Below, one piece after another: positions 24,375 to 37,825 of a stretch of 64,000 nt of DNA. This DNA comes from Octopus bimaculoides. Lineage: Eukaryota. Within the stretch, counting starts at the first letter, position 1; the number at the start of each line of letters is the position of its first letter. The notes beneath the pieces are model-generated. The model did not search any database, had not been told where the DNA came from, and saw only the letters and a program-made list of their open reading frames with translations. Where the stretch lies: the NCBI RefSeq assembly GCF_001194135.2, contig NC_068984.1:127235226-127299225 (forward strand), read 5' to 3'. The position numbers were made by a program, and so were the translations under genes.

Positions 24375-25219
24375 AGCTAGCAGGCGTACCCGGTGTTGCC
24401 CAGGGTTGTTTGTTAAGTATGCCTGTTTGGTTATTAGACCATTCACGGATGCACCTCTGAACAGAATGAAAGAAATCATAATGGCAGATGTTCCCTACGT
24501 TGTTTGATTTATTTAGCACAATAGTGAACATGCAGAGTCATACACCCACGCCATTGTCATTGTTTTCCATTGAGACTGTCGGTCAATCTGTAAAAAAACA
24601 GCAGTAATTGAGTTTATTTTCCTTACCACATAACTGCTGACTTATGCTGTTTAGCAGATGGAAAGGTTGAGCCTAAAGTTATGACATAAAGAGAAATAGT
24701 ATGTTTACCTGCTGTTTCACTGGGTTGTACATACAACATTATCTGAACAAAAAATTTGACGCGTGGCCTGTGCAAAAAAGATGAAAAGTGTAGTATCTGT
24801 TGCCTACCTCACAATTGGGGGCACTTAACGGAGGGCATACTGTGAAGATTACACTAATGAAATAAACAAGGTGACAAGGGTATAGTTACCTGATGTTTTC
24901 CTGTTTGCTGCATAGAGCAACATCTATTGTTGTCTTTCCCCTGTAGTTACTGTAGCGCATGCAGCAGCAGTTGCTACAGCATTTCTTGTAAGTCGATCTG
25001 CATGTTGTGCTGCAGTCTCTGCAGCTTGTGCAACAGCATTTGAGATTGGTCTATTTATGTTGGGGGCGTGGAACTTCAAGGAAAAAATTATAAGAAAAAG
25101 CGTCCTAAGTCAAAGAGAGCACACATATTAAATTTTGGTGAAATTCAGTTGAAAATTGTAGGAGTAGAAGTGGTTTACACAACGCACACACAGACAACTT
25201 GCCTTTTAATATATAAGAT
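24375..25219 (+). mobile_element. Non-autonomous Helitron/Helentron-like element inserted in the minisatellite
   Basis: Begins AGCTAGCAGGCGTACCCGGTGTTGCCCAGGG and ends ACACACAGAC...TTTTAATATATAAGAT, termini typical of such elements. No TSD. The minisatellite continues on both sides. Confidence 0.5.
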
Positions 25220-26385
25220 AGTGTCTCTCTTCCCCTTATAATGCAGATAGTGCCTCTGTGTCCTTCATAATGCAAAACAGTGTCCTTGTGTCCCATATGG
25301 TGAAGATAGTATTTCCATGTTCTCTTTAACTCTTTTGTTACCATATTTCTGTTAAGATGCTCTGTCTTTACTTCAATTAACTTTGGAAATAAAGAAAATA
25401 ACATTGTCGTTATTAATTGGTGTTTGGTTCATAAATTAATACTAAGTTCTGTTGGAAGATTTTAGTTCAGAACTCTTGAAAATAAGATGTTTGTACCATA
25501 GAGCCACAGGTGGTCTCAGGTGAGTTGGTATCAAAAGGGTTAATGTGGACAGTGCCAAAGTTATAAAATAGAAAATGTTGTAAATTGTTAATGTTGACTT
25601 AATAAAAGAGACTGCATTGTTACATATTCAAACTGTTGCCACACTTACAATCTTATCCTTGTGATATAATTTTACTTGATTCAATTTACTGAGTTAAGAA
25701 AACAGATGTAACTCTTACTTGACCTTCTCAGTGACCAACAGTAAATAGTAAGAGTTTCTTTTCCCTCGGTGAAGAAATTTGTTCTAATAACTCATGTGGA
25801 AATCTTTTCTCATTTACTTGTTTCGGTCGTTGTACTGCGACCTCGCTTGAAAGGTTTTACTCAAATGAATCTTGAAGGGTTTTACTCAAATGAATCTTGA
25901 AGGGTTTTACTCAAATGAATCAACTTCAGTACTTTTTTTTCTAAAGCTTTATACTTATTCTTTCAGTCTCTTTTACTAAACTGCTAAGTTACAGGGATGT
26001 AAACAGACCAACACCTGTTGTTAAGTGGTGGGTGGGGAGAAACACAAAGATACACACACATACATACATACATACATACATGTGTGTACACACACACGCA
26101 CACACACTCAAACATGATGGGCTTCTTTCAGGTTCCATCTACCAAATCTACCAAAATCCATTCTCTAGACTTGGGTCAGCACAGGGCTATAGTAGAAGAC
26201 ACTTGCTTGAGGTATCACAAGAGTGGGACTGAACTCAAAATCATGTGGTTGGGAAGCAAACTTCTTACCACACAGCCATGACTGTTTAAATTTTCAGAAC
26301 CACTTCATATTTATTAGCAAGGCAAATTAGGGAGTAAAAGCAATTGTGAAGTTTTTCTACTACAGTGGGTTTTTTTTCCCTTTAG

Positions 26386-26566
26386 ATTGAACTCAGTGCC
26401 TTACAGCAGTGCTACCGATCTCTGGCTTTACATATGGATATCATTTTCCGGAAGCGTTTGTGGTATATAATGCTAGAACAGTTCCTCATGAAGTATGTGT
26501 GGAGTGCTGCAGGTTTGGTGATGGCAGCAATACCCATCATTACTGCTACAGGAATCAAGGCTGATG
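26386..26566 (+). CDS. ABCD1/ABCD2: ABCD1/2-like exon 3 (IELSALQQ...[15 protein letters not shown]...GIKADG)
   Basis: Acceptor CCCTTTAG|, 181 nt, donor |GTAAGA, phase 1. Confidence 0.95.
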
Positions 26567-28505
26567 GTAAGATACTGTTTTTCACACCTCTTTCTTTGTT
26601 TCCATCTGATAATACACAATCATCACATTCATCATCATCATCATCATCATCTTTTAACATCTGTTGTCTATGCTGGCATGGGTTGGACAGTTTGACTGGG
26701 TCTGGTAACCTGGAAGGCTGCACCAGACTCCAGTCTGTTTTGGTATGGTTTCCACGGCTGGATGCCCTTCCTAATGCCAACCACTCCGAGAGTGTAATGG
26801 GTGCTTCTATGTGCCACCGGCACGGGTGTCAGTTGTATGACCACCAGTATTTGCCATGACTATGATTTCACTTGCCTTGATGGGTCTTCATCTCAAGCAT
26901 GGCATACTGCTACAGGTGTGTGTGAGAGTGTCTATGTTGTATATTTGCAGACTATGTGTGTGTGTGTGTGCATGACAAGGGAACAATATATTACCAAATG
27001 AACTTCAATAGCTTACAACAGTTTCTGCTAGAAGATGCAATGCACTCATAGTTGAGTGCATATATATCACCCTATAACTTCATTGGAGCTTCAAAAATGA
27101 AGTATAATTTTATTTGGGGAAGTATTTATAAATATGGAAAGCATCTCCATCTTTTATTACTCTCTGTACTTGACTAATGCTTTTTCTGAGGCATATGTAT
27201 ATGGACTTCTAATGCCAGATTATTTAGTATTGCTATATCTAAGCAAAATATTAATATATATAATATATATGTATATAGGAAAAAGTATGATAAACACAGG
27301 ATGTGGTTTGTACATATACTGTTTGTTCCATATGCATATTTCACCATTTTCAACCTTTGCAGTGAGTGCTCATAGTGCAGCTGGATGCAGTTCCACAACA
27401 GTTCTTCAAGGGAACACTAGCAGGTGTACAGGCAATAATGTGGATAACTAAATTAGATATATTAAATATCCAATGTTGACAGCTTCCATTATGGCCACAT
27501 ATTGTGATGACCTACAGTCCAACCTTCAGCTTCAGTTTGAACCTGAGAGTCCTTGACCCAATAGCAGGCCAAAGTGTATTTCTCAATGTTTGGTTCAACA
27601 GTTCAGTACTAAATGCGATTAAATAAAATCAAATTAAATTCCATCAGATTGAATTAGACATGTGTGGTATGAGGAACTTATTTATGATAGCAATTTCAAA
27701 AATTCTCTCCGTAATTGAGTTTTAGATTATATGCAGTTTTTACATCCTATATGCGTTGCTATGATTTATAAAAAAAAAGATATTTTAATTCAATGAGAAT
27801 ATTGATTGCTATTTGAAAGTCAAACTAGATATTATCCTGATAAAATTTTAATCTCATTTAGTCACTAGCTGTGGTACTAAACATTGAGAAATGCACTTTG
27901 GCATACTTTAGGATCGAGGGCTCTCAGTTTCGAACTTAAGCCAAAGGCCAAAATGATGTCAGTAACTTTTATATGCAGCAACTTTTATAGCCATATCAAG
28001 TTTCTAAATTTCTTTTTCACTTCCTTTTTTTTATCTGAGAAACCATTGTAACCTAGCAAAATACATTATCCATGTATAAATACACTCAGCTCGCTTTAAA
28101 CCTCATTTGTGGAGAGACCTTGAATAAAGATGCTTATTTGAAAATAGCTGGATACAAATACGACTGTTAATTCTCTACGCAGCATAAACACATGTCAGTA
28201 ATATCTAAACCAATTATGCTGTATAATTAACTATAAAAAGAAAAACTAAAATAAAAAATATGCAGATGTACCAGTCTCTGTATTTATTGAAATTGTGTTA
28301 GATTTACACTTCCAAAAATATTCATAAACCAGTAAAGCAAACCCAGAATTTACCCATTGGATGACTTATAGTGAGATTGCTCACCCTAGATGCTCATTTC
28401 AACTTGATGTGGTTAAACTGGACCTGAATTATAGCTGAGTGCTCATACAATAATTGCCTGAATAATTTATACATATATATTCATTATTTATATAAAGATA
28501 TACAT

Positions 28506-28917
28506 AGGCGTAGGAGTGGCTGTGTGGTAAGTAGCTTGCTTACCAACCACATGGTCCCGGGTTCAGTCCCACTGCGTGGCATCTTGGGCAAGTGTCTTCT
28601 ACTATAGCCTCGGGCCGACCAAAGCCTTGTGAGTGGATTTGGTAGACGGAAACTGAAAGAAGCCCGTCGTATATATGTATATATATATATATGTATGTAT
28701 GTATGTGTTTGTGTGTCTGTGTTTGTCCCCCCAACATCGCTTGACAACCGATGCTGGTGTGTTTATGTCCCCGTAACTTAGCGGTTCGGCAAAAGAGACC
28801 GATAGAATAAGTACTAGGCTTCTAAAGAATAAGTCCTGGGGTCGATTTGCTCGACTAAAGGCGGTGCTCCAGCATGGCCGCAGTTAAAAGACTGAAACAA
28901 GTAAAAGAGTTAAAAGA

Positions 28918-28920
<3 letters not shown>
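28506..28920 (+). mobile_element. Full-length tRNA-derived SINE, family A (reference copy)
   Basis: A-box-like TGGCTGTGTGG, B-box GGTTCAGTCCC, core CTTGGGCAAGTGTCTTCTACTATAGCC, internal (TA)/(TG) tract, tail (AAAAGAGT)2. Confidence 0.9.
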
Positions 28921-28952
<32 letters not shown>

Positions 28953-29566
28953 ATACTGTGCAAAGTCTTTGACCACTTTAAACCTTTGTAAGTTTCTACC
29001 AATTGTCAACTTATAGTTGGATGTTTTACATTGTTTTGTTGTTTTACAGATGAAACATTGGCCCTGTTGGAGCCATTTCCATACTTAATCATTATATTTT
29101 GTAGTAGGGGTTCTGAATGAGAGGGGAAGATGTGAGACAACCACCAAAAATGGCCATGCTAAAATTTTCAGCCACATATTCTCGACATTCTTTCTGCTCA
29201 CCCTATTCAATACATTCACTACATTGTATTTACTAACCCCATATGTCCACTAGATTCTATGTGTTCCTCATACTCTATATGTTTACTGCATTCTATGTGC
29301 ACTGCACCCTGTACATTTACTCCACTGTGTGTGTCCACTGCAGTCTATGTTTTCCACATTCTTCTTTTATCTCTTTTACTTGTTTCAGTTATTGTACTGT
29401 GACCATGCTGGGGCACCACCTTAAAGGGTTTAGTCAAAAATATGACCCCATATTTCACCATTCTCTTTTATCTTCCTAACCTCTCCAGCTAGCAATGCTA
29501 CCCTGTTGTCTTATTACACTGTATGATCCACTGCAAATACAAATAGTATATTGTTGTATATTTCAG

Positions 29567-29691
29567 GTACCTGTGTAAATGATGACCCAGATGGAGGTGT
29601 TAGTGAACGTACTCAGTCTTTTACCACTGCCAGGAACTTACTTATTTCAGCAGCTGATGCCACTGAACGGATGATGTCTTCGTATAAAGAA
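29567..29691 (+). CDS. ABCD1/ABCD2: ABCD1/2-like exon 4 (TCVNDD...[31 protein letters not shown])
   Basis: Acceptor TTTCAG|, 125 nt, donor |GTAAGA, phase 0. Confidence 0.95.
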
Positions 29692-31475
29692 GTAAGAATT
29701 TCTGCTTGTTTGTACTCATTTATGTTGTGGCATCTCTTTCAAGTATCTAAATATGTGTTTCCAGGTAAAACTCAAATCATGAATTGCAACACTTGAAGGT
29801 AGGAAAGTTGTGTGATATCTCCCAACATATAGTAACTGTGATTATATTAATAGCCTTAGTTGACTTTGCCTTTCGTCCTTTTGGGGTCAATGAAGTAAGT
29901 ACCAGTCAATGTAACCAATTAACCCATTTCCCAAAAATTTCAGGCCTTGTGCCTATAGTAGAGAAGATATTGGTTTCAAATTTTGGCATAAGGCCAGCAA
30001 ATCCAAGTGAAGGAGCAAGTTGATTACATCAATACCAATAACTCAACTGGTACATTATTTTGTCAACCTTGAAAGGATGAAAGGCTAAGTTGACCTCAGG
30101 AGAATTTGAAATCAGAATGTAAAGATGGATAAAATGCCACTAAGCATTTTGCCTGATGTGCTAATGATTCTGCCAGCTCTCTGCCTTAAGTACCTGGATG
30201 GGATGCCAGTCTGTTGCAGGATTACTCATTTTTGCCAGCTGAGTGAACTGGAGCAATATGAAATGGAGTGTTTTGCTCAAGAACACAATGCGTTGCCCAG
30301 TTCCGGAATCAAAAACACAACTTGACGATTATGAGTCCAACACTCTAACCATTAAGCCAATTGCTTCCACGTATTATAGAAAAGATATTAATATCCTGTT
30401 AAATAATTCTCTTGGTGATACAGTATCAACATACTTAATGCATGGAGCATTGACAATTTAGTTACCATATTTTCTTTTGAAACACACTGCTTGCATAATG
30501 CTGTTGCATGATAAAATGTACCCAGGTGATGTCATAAAGTAGCTGGTGATAGAAAGTATCTATATGTAAAAATATTGCCATACCAAACAACATGACATAA
30601 ATGACAAAGACTGGCAGTTTTCTCTATTGATGTGTGTGTGTGTGTGTGATGGTAATGAACCATGTTAAGTGGAGAGATGCTGTGAAGCTTGTCCAGCATG
30701 GAGAAATGTACAAGCTGTCCACTTGTAACTGATGAAGACCATCACTGATCATTACCCATGCAAAATGTCACCAACACTTGTGTGAAATTTTTGGTTCATT
30801 ACGTTTTGCACAACACCTTATAGACCCTGTCCACCCTATTGACATGATGAAGCGACAAACTGGGATAAGATATCTAGTGCTAGTATGAGTCACAGGCTCA
30901 GGAATATGGGAGCAACATGAACTCTAGCGCAAATAAAAGATCCCCAAAATGTCCATTGTCATTCCCTGCATATATGGTTTTATATCAGAGTGATCTTCTC
31001 TTAGAGACATATTTTAACAAAAGCTGAGGGGTGCCTTGTTCTCAGTGGTCTTCCAGCACACTGGACACCAACCCAGAACTTCTGAGCAGCTGTGAATTGC
31101 TAGGTAGACATTGAACCTACACTGGGTTCATCCATCCTTTTGACAGGTCATGTTTTTAGTCCTGCTAGGTTTCTAACAACTCTCCTCACCATACATACAT
31201 ACACATACATACATGCATCTATCCATCCATAAATCAATCAATCAATCAGTCAATCAACCAATCATTATCATCATCATGACCATGTTGTTGTTGTTTAGAA
31301 AAATATAAGATTCTATAAAGTTTCTTTTATGGTTTTGAATCATCTGAAGTTTCTCATGTGTAACTCTTACATTAGGTCATTCTAGTCACACTGATATATG
31401 TAGTTGTTTTATTTCAAAAACTTATCAATGAAACTGCAGTAAGACTGTTTTATGAATGAGTTTGTTCTCTTACAG

Positions 31476-31605
31476 ATTACTGAATTAGCAGGTTACACAG
31501 AGAGAGTTCACACTATGTTGTCAGTGTTTGATGACATCAAAGAAGAGAAATATGTACGGAATACTGTCAATGATGGACGTTCTTCTGCAATATTGAAAAT
31601 CGCTG
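31476..31605 (+). CDS. ABCD1/ABCD2: ABCD1/2-like exon 5 (ITELAGYTERVHTMLSVFDD...LKIAG)
   Basis: Acceptor CTTACAG|, 130 nt, donor |GTAAGT, phase 1. Confidence 0.95.
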
Positions 31606-33511
31606 GTAAGTTAATAATGAAGTTATTGTGCTTGGTGCTCAAGTACACTGCAACTTGTCAGAAAATGGTAAAATGGAAGATGTAATGGAAGACGTAAGTC
31701 AAGTAATCAAAGACAGCAATGAAAGCCAAAAGTGCATCTACAGTACACAGAATTTCTGGTTTTTCCTCCTAAAATATGTAACCATGGATTTGCCCACAGC
31801 CAGCCTGTGTTGCTAATCAACAATCCATTGCTGCTTTGTGTGCAAGACAGATTTTAGGATAGATCTATTACATATAAGGTTCGTTCTTTCTATCTCGTGG
31901 TACATCTTAGTGCCATTTATGTATTTCAACACTAATAGGCTTCAAGTTGGCATCTATTTCAACTAATAACAGGGGCCAAGAATAGATTCCCTGTAGGACA
32001 CCAAATGTAATCACATAGTTGTAGAGTGTTATCCTAGTACTGTGACTATTTTTCTTTTTTTAACCAAGAAAGAAGGACTTCAAGCAGATACAATTGCTTT
32101 TTCATCAGACATTATTTTCTTTTCTGACTGTATACATCTCGACTGTAACTAACATCTCTTGTTTCATCTCTCGGTGAGATTAATATTTCATCTTTGGTTA
32201 TGAGATTCACCATGTCATCTGTTCCCGAAGATATTGTATCTTATCTGTTGCTGGGTACATTTAATTTGTAGTTGAGATGTAACATCTAATCTGTAGTTGA
32301 GTATAATATCTTGTTTGTTGCTCTGTGTAATATTTCTTGTGTACCCAGGATGTAACATAATGTATTCCATCCTGTCCACTTAGTCTATGGTTTATGTTCT
32401 TATCTCTAACCTCAAGTTCTCTATTATATTTCAAAACATAATGAAACTTGCCAATGTATTCACTATTGTGTTTGCTTGTTTGAATTAACGAATATCTCAG
32501 GTATTCCAAATGGATGACACTTCTAAGTCATCTTAACTATATTCACACGCAACAACATCTTTATTACTGCCTGTGACATATCAACATCATCAGCATCATT
32601 CAACATCCATTTTTCCATGCTGGCATGGATTTGACATGAATTGATGGACCAGAGGGCTGTGCTAAGCTCCAGTGTCTGCTTTGGCATGGTTTCTACGACT
32701 GGAAACCCTTAAAATGCCAACCAGTTCACAAAGTGTACTGGCTGCTTTTTATGTGGCACTTTTTATTGGCTGCAACATCTTCAATGGTATTTTGACTTCT
32801 TCAATAACCTATCACACTCTACACTTTTAGAAACCAATCTCATAATTGGCACTACATTGCCTCATGATATGAACAATGTTCAAACCATTCCCGTTCCATA
32901 AAAAACAATTTCTGATAACATTTGCAGATGTGGTATAAGTAACTAAAGTGTTGATAACATATGCTATAGCAAAGCTACTGCCTCACCAAATAAATTTACT
33001 TCTAACCCAACCCACATAGCCATGCCAAAAGATATACTTCACTATTCTAAACAAGACAAATATTTTGTCAAAATCTAAGTTTGCCCTGATCAAGTAGATC
33101 TATTTATTATTAAAGACATTCTGTCTTTTTCTTCAAATATGGTGCATCTAAGCCTAAATTATACAAATGTTCTTCCTCATTTTATGATAAGTGTAATTTG
33201 AAGTTAATAGGCTGATATTTTAGCTGGTCAAGAAACCATGCAGAAGCACTTTCATTGGCTTGTATAAGTGTTTTGTCAGCTTGCAGTGACATTCAAATCT
33301 TGTTAGGAACATAACTTTCAAGTAGAGACTTATGTCTTTCAATCACTTAACACTTTAACAACAGCCATAATCTTCAGCTTGCCATCATAGCTTTTTTGTT
33401 TTTGTAAATAAAATTTGAAAAGTGAAAGAAATAAAACTATCAAGTTCTCCGAAGTAACAGATATACTTAAATAAGAAAGCTGTGGGCTATGGAAAGATAA
33501 CCTGGCAGTGT

Positions 33512-34260
33512 GATAAATCTATAACAATAGACTGTATTATTAATCTATGACTACAGCTCTATGATAAATTTATAGCTACAGTTTGTATGATTAACCTATG
33601 ACTACAAACTGTAAGATAAATTTATGACTACAATCTAACCTAGTTTTTACTCGCATAATGGGGAAAGCTTGATTCTTATACTGAACACTGCTAAACCACT
33701 CGGTTAAATATAAATCCTAGTTATATTTTTACATCTCTCTCTTGTTCAGTATATCAGTAGGAGTAGGTGATGTTTAGTTCAGTAAATGAACAATGCAGTT
33801 AATGTACAGTTCTTCAGCTGTTACAGTATATACTGTGTGACACAACAGTCCATGTCATTGCATGTCACATCATCCCATGTTACAAAAGTCACATAACAGC
33901 ATAACAGTCCATGTTACAGCTTATCTTGTGTCACAACAGTCCATGTTAAGGCTTGTTTTGTGTCAATACAGTCCATGTAACTGTATGTCAATGTTTTACA
34001 ACAGTTACATAACACTTTATGTACAGTTCCTGGTTACAGTCTTTGTGTCACAGCAGTAACATCACAGCTATGATTGTAATCTATGTTCCAGTATTTCATG
34101 TATTACAGCTGTGACATCACAGCAATGTGTATTCCATATTACATACATATAATCCGTATTACAGTATATTGTGTGTCACAACAGTGACATGAAAGCTATG
34201 TTTATAGTCCATATTGCAAGATGTCTTGTGTCACAACCATGACATAGAATATATGATTAT
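33512..34260. repeat. Two degenerate minisatellite tracts (about 20-bp ATAAATYTATGACTACA unit; about 29-bp TGTGTCACAACAGTCCATGTTACAGC unit)
   Basis: Recurring units visible at 33512-33640 and 33810-34260. Confidence 0.6.
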
Positions 34261-34309
34261 ATGGCAGTAACAGTAAATCAGTTTTGTTATTCTTTCTCAT
34301 TGTCTCCAG

Positions 34310-34404
34310 GTAAAGTGTCTGACTATGATAATGGTATATTCATTGAAGATTTACCTATCATCACACCAAATGGAGATGTCATTGTTCCAGAACTGTCTTT
34401 AAAT
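34310..34404 (+). CDS. ABCD1/ABCD2: ABCD1/2-like exon 6 ([31 protein letters not shown])
   Basis: Acceptor TCTCCAG|, 95 nt, donor |GTAAGT, phase 0. Confidence 0.95.
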
Positions 34405-34949
34405 GTAAGTTGTTACACATATACATACGTACGTATGTATGTATGTATGTATGTATGTTCATTTTCTACACAGTTGTATTACAAATATGAAGTAGTTATC
34501 ACCTCTGCTCCCATCTCCAACCATTTGTCACTCTCTTCTCACACACTTATGAAACTACTCATCCCCTCCTTCCTTCTGATCCACTGTCCACATCCTCTCT
34601 TATAATCGCATTTTTGTACCAGGAGGGTTTACTCTGTCACCTCCATCACTCTCATCTTATCTTCTCATTCTTATATAAAGTAGGGGTAGCTGTGTATCTT
34701 CTCTGAAGCAAGACACCTACACATATCCCTTTTATCATACTTTAATCTCTCAACACCTGGCATAAAGCCAACTCTCTCTCCTCACTTAATGCTTTTTTTT
34801 TTCTTTTGTTATTATGTTTTGAATCAGCAAAATCGTAGGGCTGCCTCCTTTCAAAACCTATTGGCCCAAGAGCCCCACTGGCTTGGGTGATGGCAAGATT
34901 GTGGCAAGAGAGCCCGAGTAGAGCTAGCATGAGACCAGAGGCCACCATA

Positions 34950-35170
34950 ATATATTTTTCATCCAACATTGATCATCCATCGACATTACATATTCATTAC
35001 CAGCCTAATCTTCCCTCTTGCACACATCACATAACCACACCATTACTGGTCATCTCCCCTGTATGCATCAACTGATTATTTTTAACATCCATCAGTCTGT
35101 CATATATCACTTCTGTCCTGCCTTTTCATGCTGGCCAACATAGCATTTCATATCCAGCAAATTGTCTTCA
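34950..35170 (-). mobile_element. Decayed RTE LINE 3' fragment
   Basis: Minus-strand translation resembling VQEGRLGW..YVMSMDDQCWMKN, similar to the RTE RLRWYGHV.RM motif. Confidence 0.4.
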
Positions 35171-35293
35171 CCTTTTTATATTCATTCTCTTCTTAGTAGC
35201 TCATCATCAATTGAGAAATACATAGACTTCAGTAAAATATATATTAAAAATGATAAATGAATTAAATCTGAAAATTATTTCTTATCTCTATAG

Positions 35294-35439
35294 ATTACTC
35301 CTGGTACTCACCTTCTAATCACTGGACCAAATGGCTGTGGAAAGTCGTCACTGTTTCGCATTCTAAGTGGATTGTGGCCAGCTTATCGAGGAACTCTCAA
35401 GAAGCCACCAACTAAACACATGTTCTATATACCCCAACG
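35294..35439 (+). CDS. ABCD1/ABCD2: ABCD1/2-like exon 7, Walker A ([24 protein letters not shown]...MFYIPQR)
   Basis: Acceptor CTATAG|, 146 nt, donor |GTACGT, phase 2. Not listed in the ORF track. Confidence 0.97.
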
Positions 35440-35586
35440 GTACGTCTATGAACAAAGAGGAAATCTATACTAAGTAAATTTAGACAAGTTTTCAGAATTG
35501 ACATCATGTCATGTGGCCCATAGAGGGCCACATAGTGAAATAGTACTTCTGTACCAATTGCTAGTTGACTGTTATTTGTAACCAAT

Positions 35587-35997
35587 AGGCGTAGGAGTGG
35601 CTGTGTGGTAAGTAGCTTGCTTACCAACCACATGGTTCCGGGTTCATTCCCACTGCGTGGCACCTTGGGCAAGTGTCTTCTACTATAGCCTCGGGCCGAC
35701 CAAAGCTTTGTGAGTGGATTCGGTAGACAGAAACTGAAAGAAGCCCATCGTATATATGTATATATATATATATATGTATGTGTGTGTATATGTTTGTGTG
35801 TCTGTGTTTGTCCCCACCAACATCACTTGACAACCGATGCTGGTGTGTTTACGTCCCCATAACTTAGCGGTTCGGCAAAAAAGACCGATAGAATAAGTAC
35901 TAGGTTTACAAAGAATAAGTCCTGGGGTCGATTTGCTCGACTAAAAGCAGTGCTCCAGCATGGCCACAGTCAAATGACTGAAACAAGTAAAAGAGTA
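35587..35997 (+). mobile_element. Full-length tRNA-derived SINE, family A
   Basis: Near-identical to the 28506 copy; about 150 nt downstream of exon 7. Confidence 0.9.
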
Positions 35998-37075
35998 ATC
36001 CAGTCTATTGCATTTTAACCCTTTTAGCATTCAGATTACTGTTTTCCACACATACAGGCTTATCGTTTCAGGTGCCAGTGCCACTAAAGCACCCATGCTG
36101 GTGCTGCATTTTGTTAGGCTCTGTTTTATTTGAGTTTTTGCTTTTACTTTCAATGTAGAGTTAGTTTGTAGATGTGAGGCTACAAGTTCATAGTTTCTCT
36201 GGCAAGTCAACATGTAGAATCTCCTGGCTGTTTTCTTTATTTTCTTTCTGAGAATGCTAAGTCAATGGTGCTATGTCAACAAGAATCAAATCATAGGAGT
36301 TAAAACCGATCTGGTGTATATAGTTTTTCAGTATTGAAACGACACGAGCAACCACAAAAATTCCATATTTGATGCCAAATAAAATGCATTTTACCTCCTA
36401 AAAAGGTTTCTCAAAAGGTCACCCTTGGGTCCTGTATGTGAAATTGCTTTAATTATTACATTCTTCAATGCATTAAAACCATTTTTCTCCTGAATATGCT
36501 CTGCTGAAATTGGAGTGCATCTGACATAACCCTTCACCTTTTATGCTATCAATTGTAGTAGGTTTCTGTAATGAGATAAAGCAAGCATTAATGAAACCAC
36601 TTCAGTTTTGATGATTCAATGTGGCTTCTGTTCTTATTGTGTATCCCAAGATTAAGTTGACCAATAGATTTATAAATACAATGTGTTCCAACTGTGCCCA
36701 TCCCATCTTTTTGTATGTCAAAATTTATGTTGTCTAATATATCTTTTAAGACAGTAAAGTCTGTTTCGACAGATATTTGACAGCTGTTTCCAGCAGGTTG
36801 AGTGACTTCATAGAGTCTCCCTTGTTAAATCATTTGCTATTGTGAATGGATGTGTTGTTTGAAGGTGTGATATGGTAGACATGGATTGTATTGTTGTTGT
36901 TGTTTTTGTTGCTGATAAACTGTTTTATTTAGTAAGTTGTTCTCATGAATATTCACTAGTTTTTTTGTGATTTTGTTTATCTTCATGTTACTTCTTTGCT
37001 TCTTTTCTGTTTTTTTTTGTTGTTGTTGTGTGTTTGATTGATATCTTGCATGTTGACACTGGTGTTGTTGTTCTT

Positions 37076-37116
<41 letters not shown>

Positions 37117-37825
37117 TACACTGAAGTGGCTGTAATTTTATAATTATCTTTCCTATTAGCTCACATATTATGTATAGGAGGTTGATTCCCTCTTAAACTT
37201 TGAACCTTGTCCCATGTCCTTCTTATTATTTAGTATCAGGTAAGCTGCAGACCCACAATCAAAGATGTTCCAACTGTAACTATCTCGCCTTTTATTGAAG
37301 CATGGTGTATCTAGGGCTACACTATTCAATATATCCTTACTCTTTTAAAAGTGTGATTGACTGTTATTCCTAGTAGGCCAGATGACTTCACAGTGGCTCT
37401 GCTCATTGGTGTGTATATAGCATAGCTTGTTTGTTTTTCTATCTTTTCTAATGTGAATATTCTGACATTAAGATCTCATCGCCAACAATAACATCAATGA
37501 GTCAATGGCAAATTCATAGAGTTAGTCGAGCAACAGATTAAATACTTTGTGGGTATTTAATCCAGTGTTCTGCAGTTCAAGTCCCACCAAAGTCAACTTT
37601 GTAAATGAATATCACTGTTACACAAGCAGTGTCATTCATTTCCAATATTCTGTGAAAACATGTCTGGTCATTGGGAAATATTAACTTGCTTAGAAATAGG
37701 TGAGGGTTGGTGACAGGAAGGGAATCTGATAACAGAAAACTTTCCTCACTGAACTACATCAAACCCATGCAAACGTGGGGAAGTAGATGTTAAAGCAATG
37801 ATGATGATTAGCTGAATCATTCAAG

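Noticed and set aside
28484-28747. Recurring ORFs such as MPKVPRSGTEPGTMWLVSK and STKSTHK-like peptides (also near 5374, 26018, 35412, 35621, 39018)
   Set aside because: These are translations of family A SINE copies, not genes
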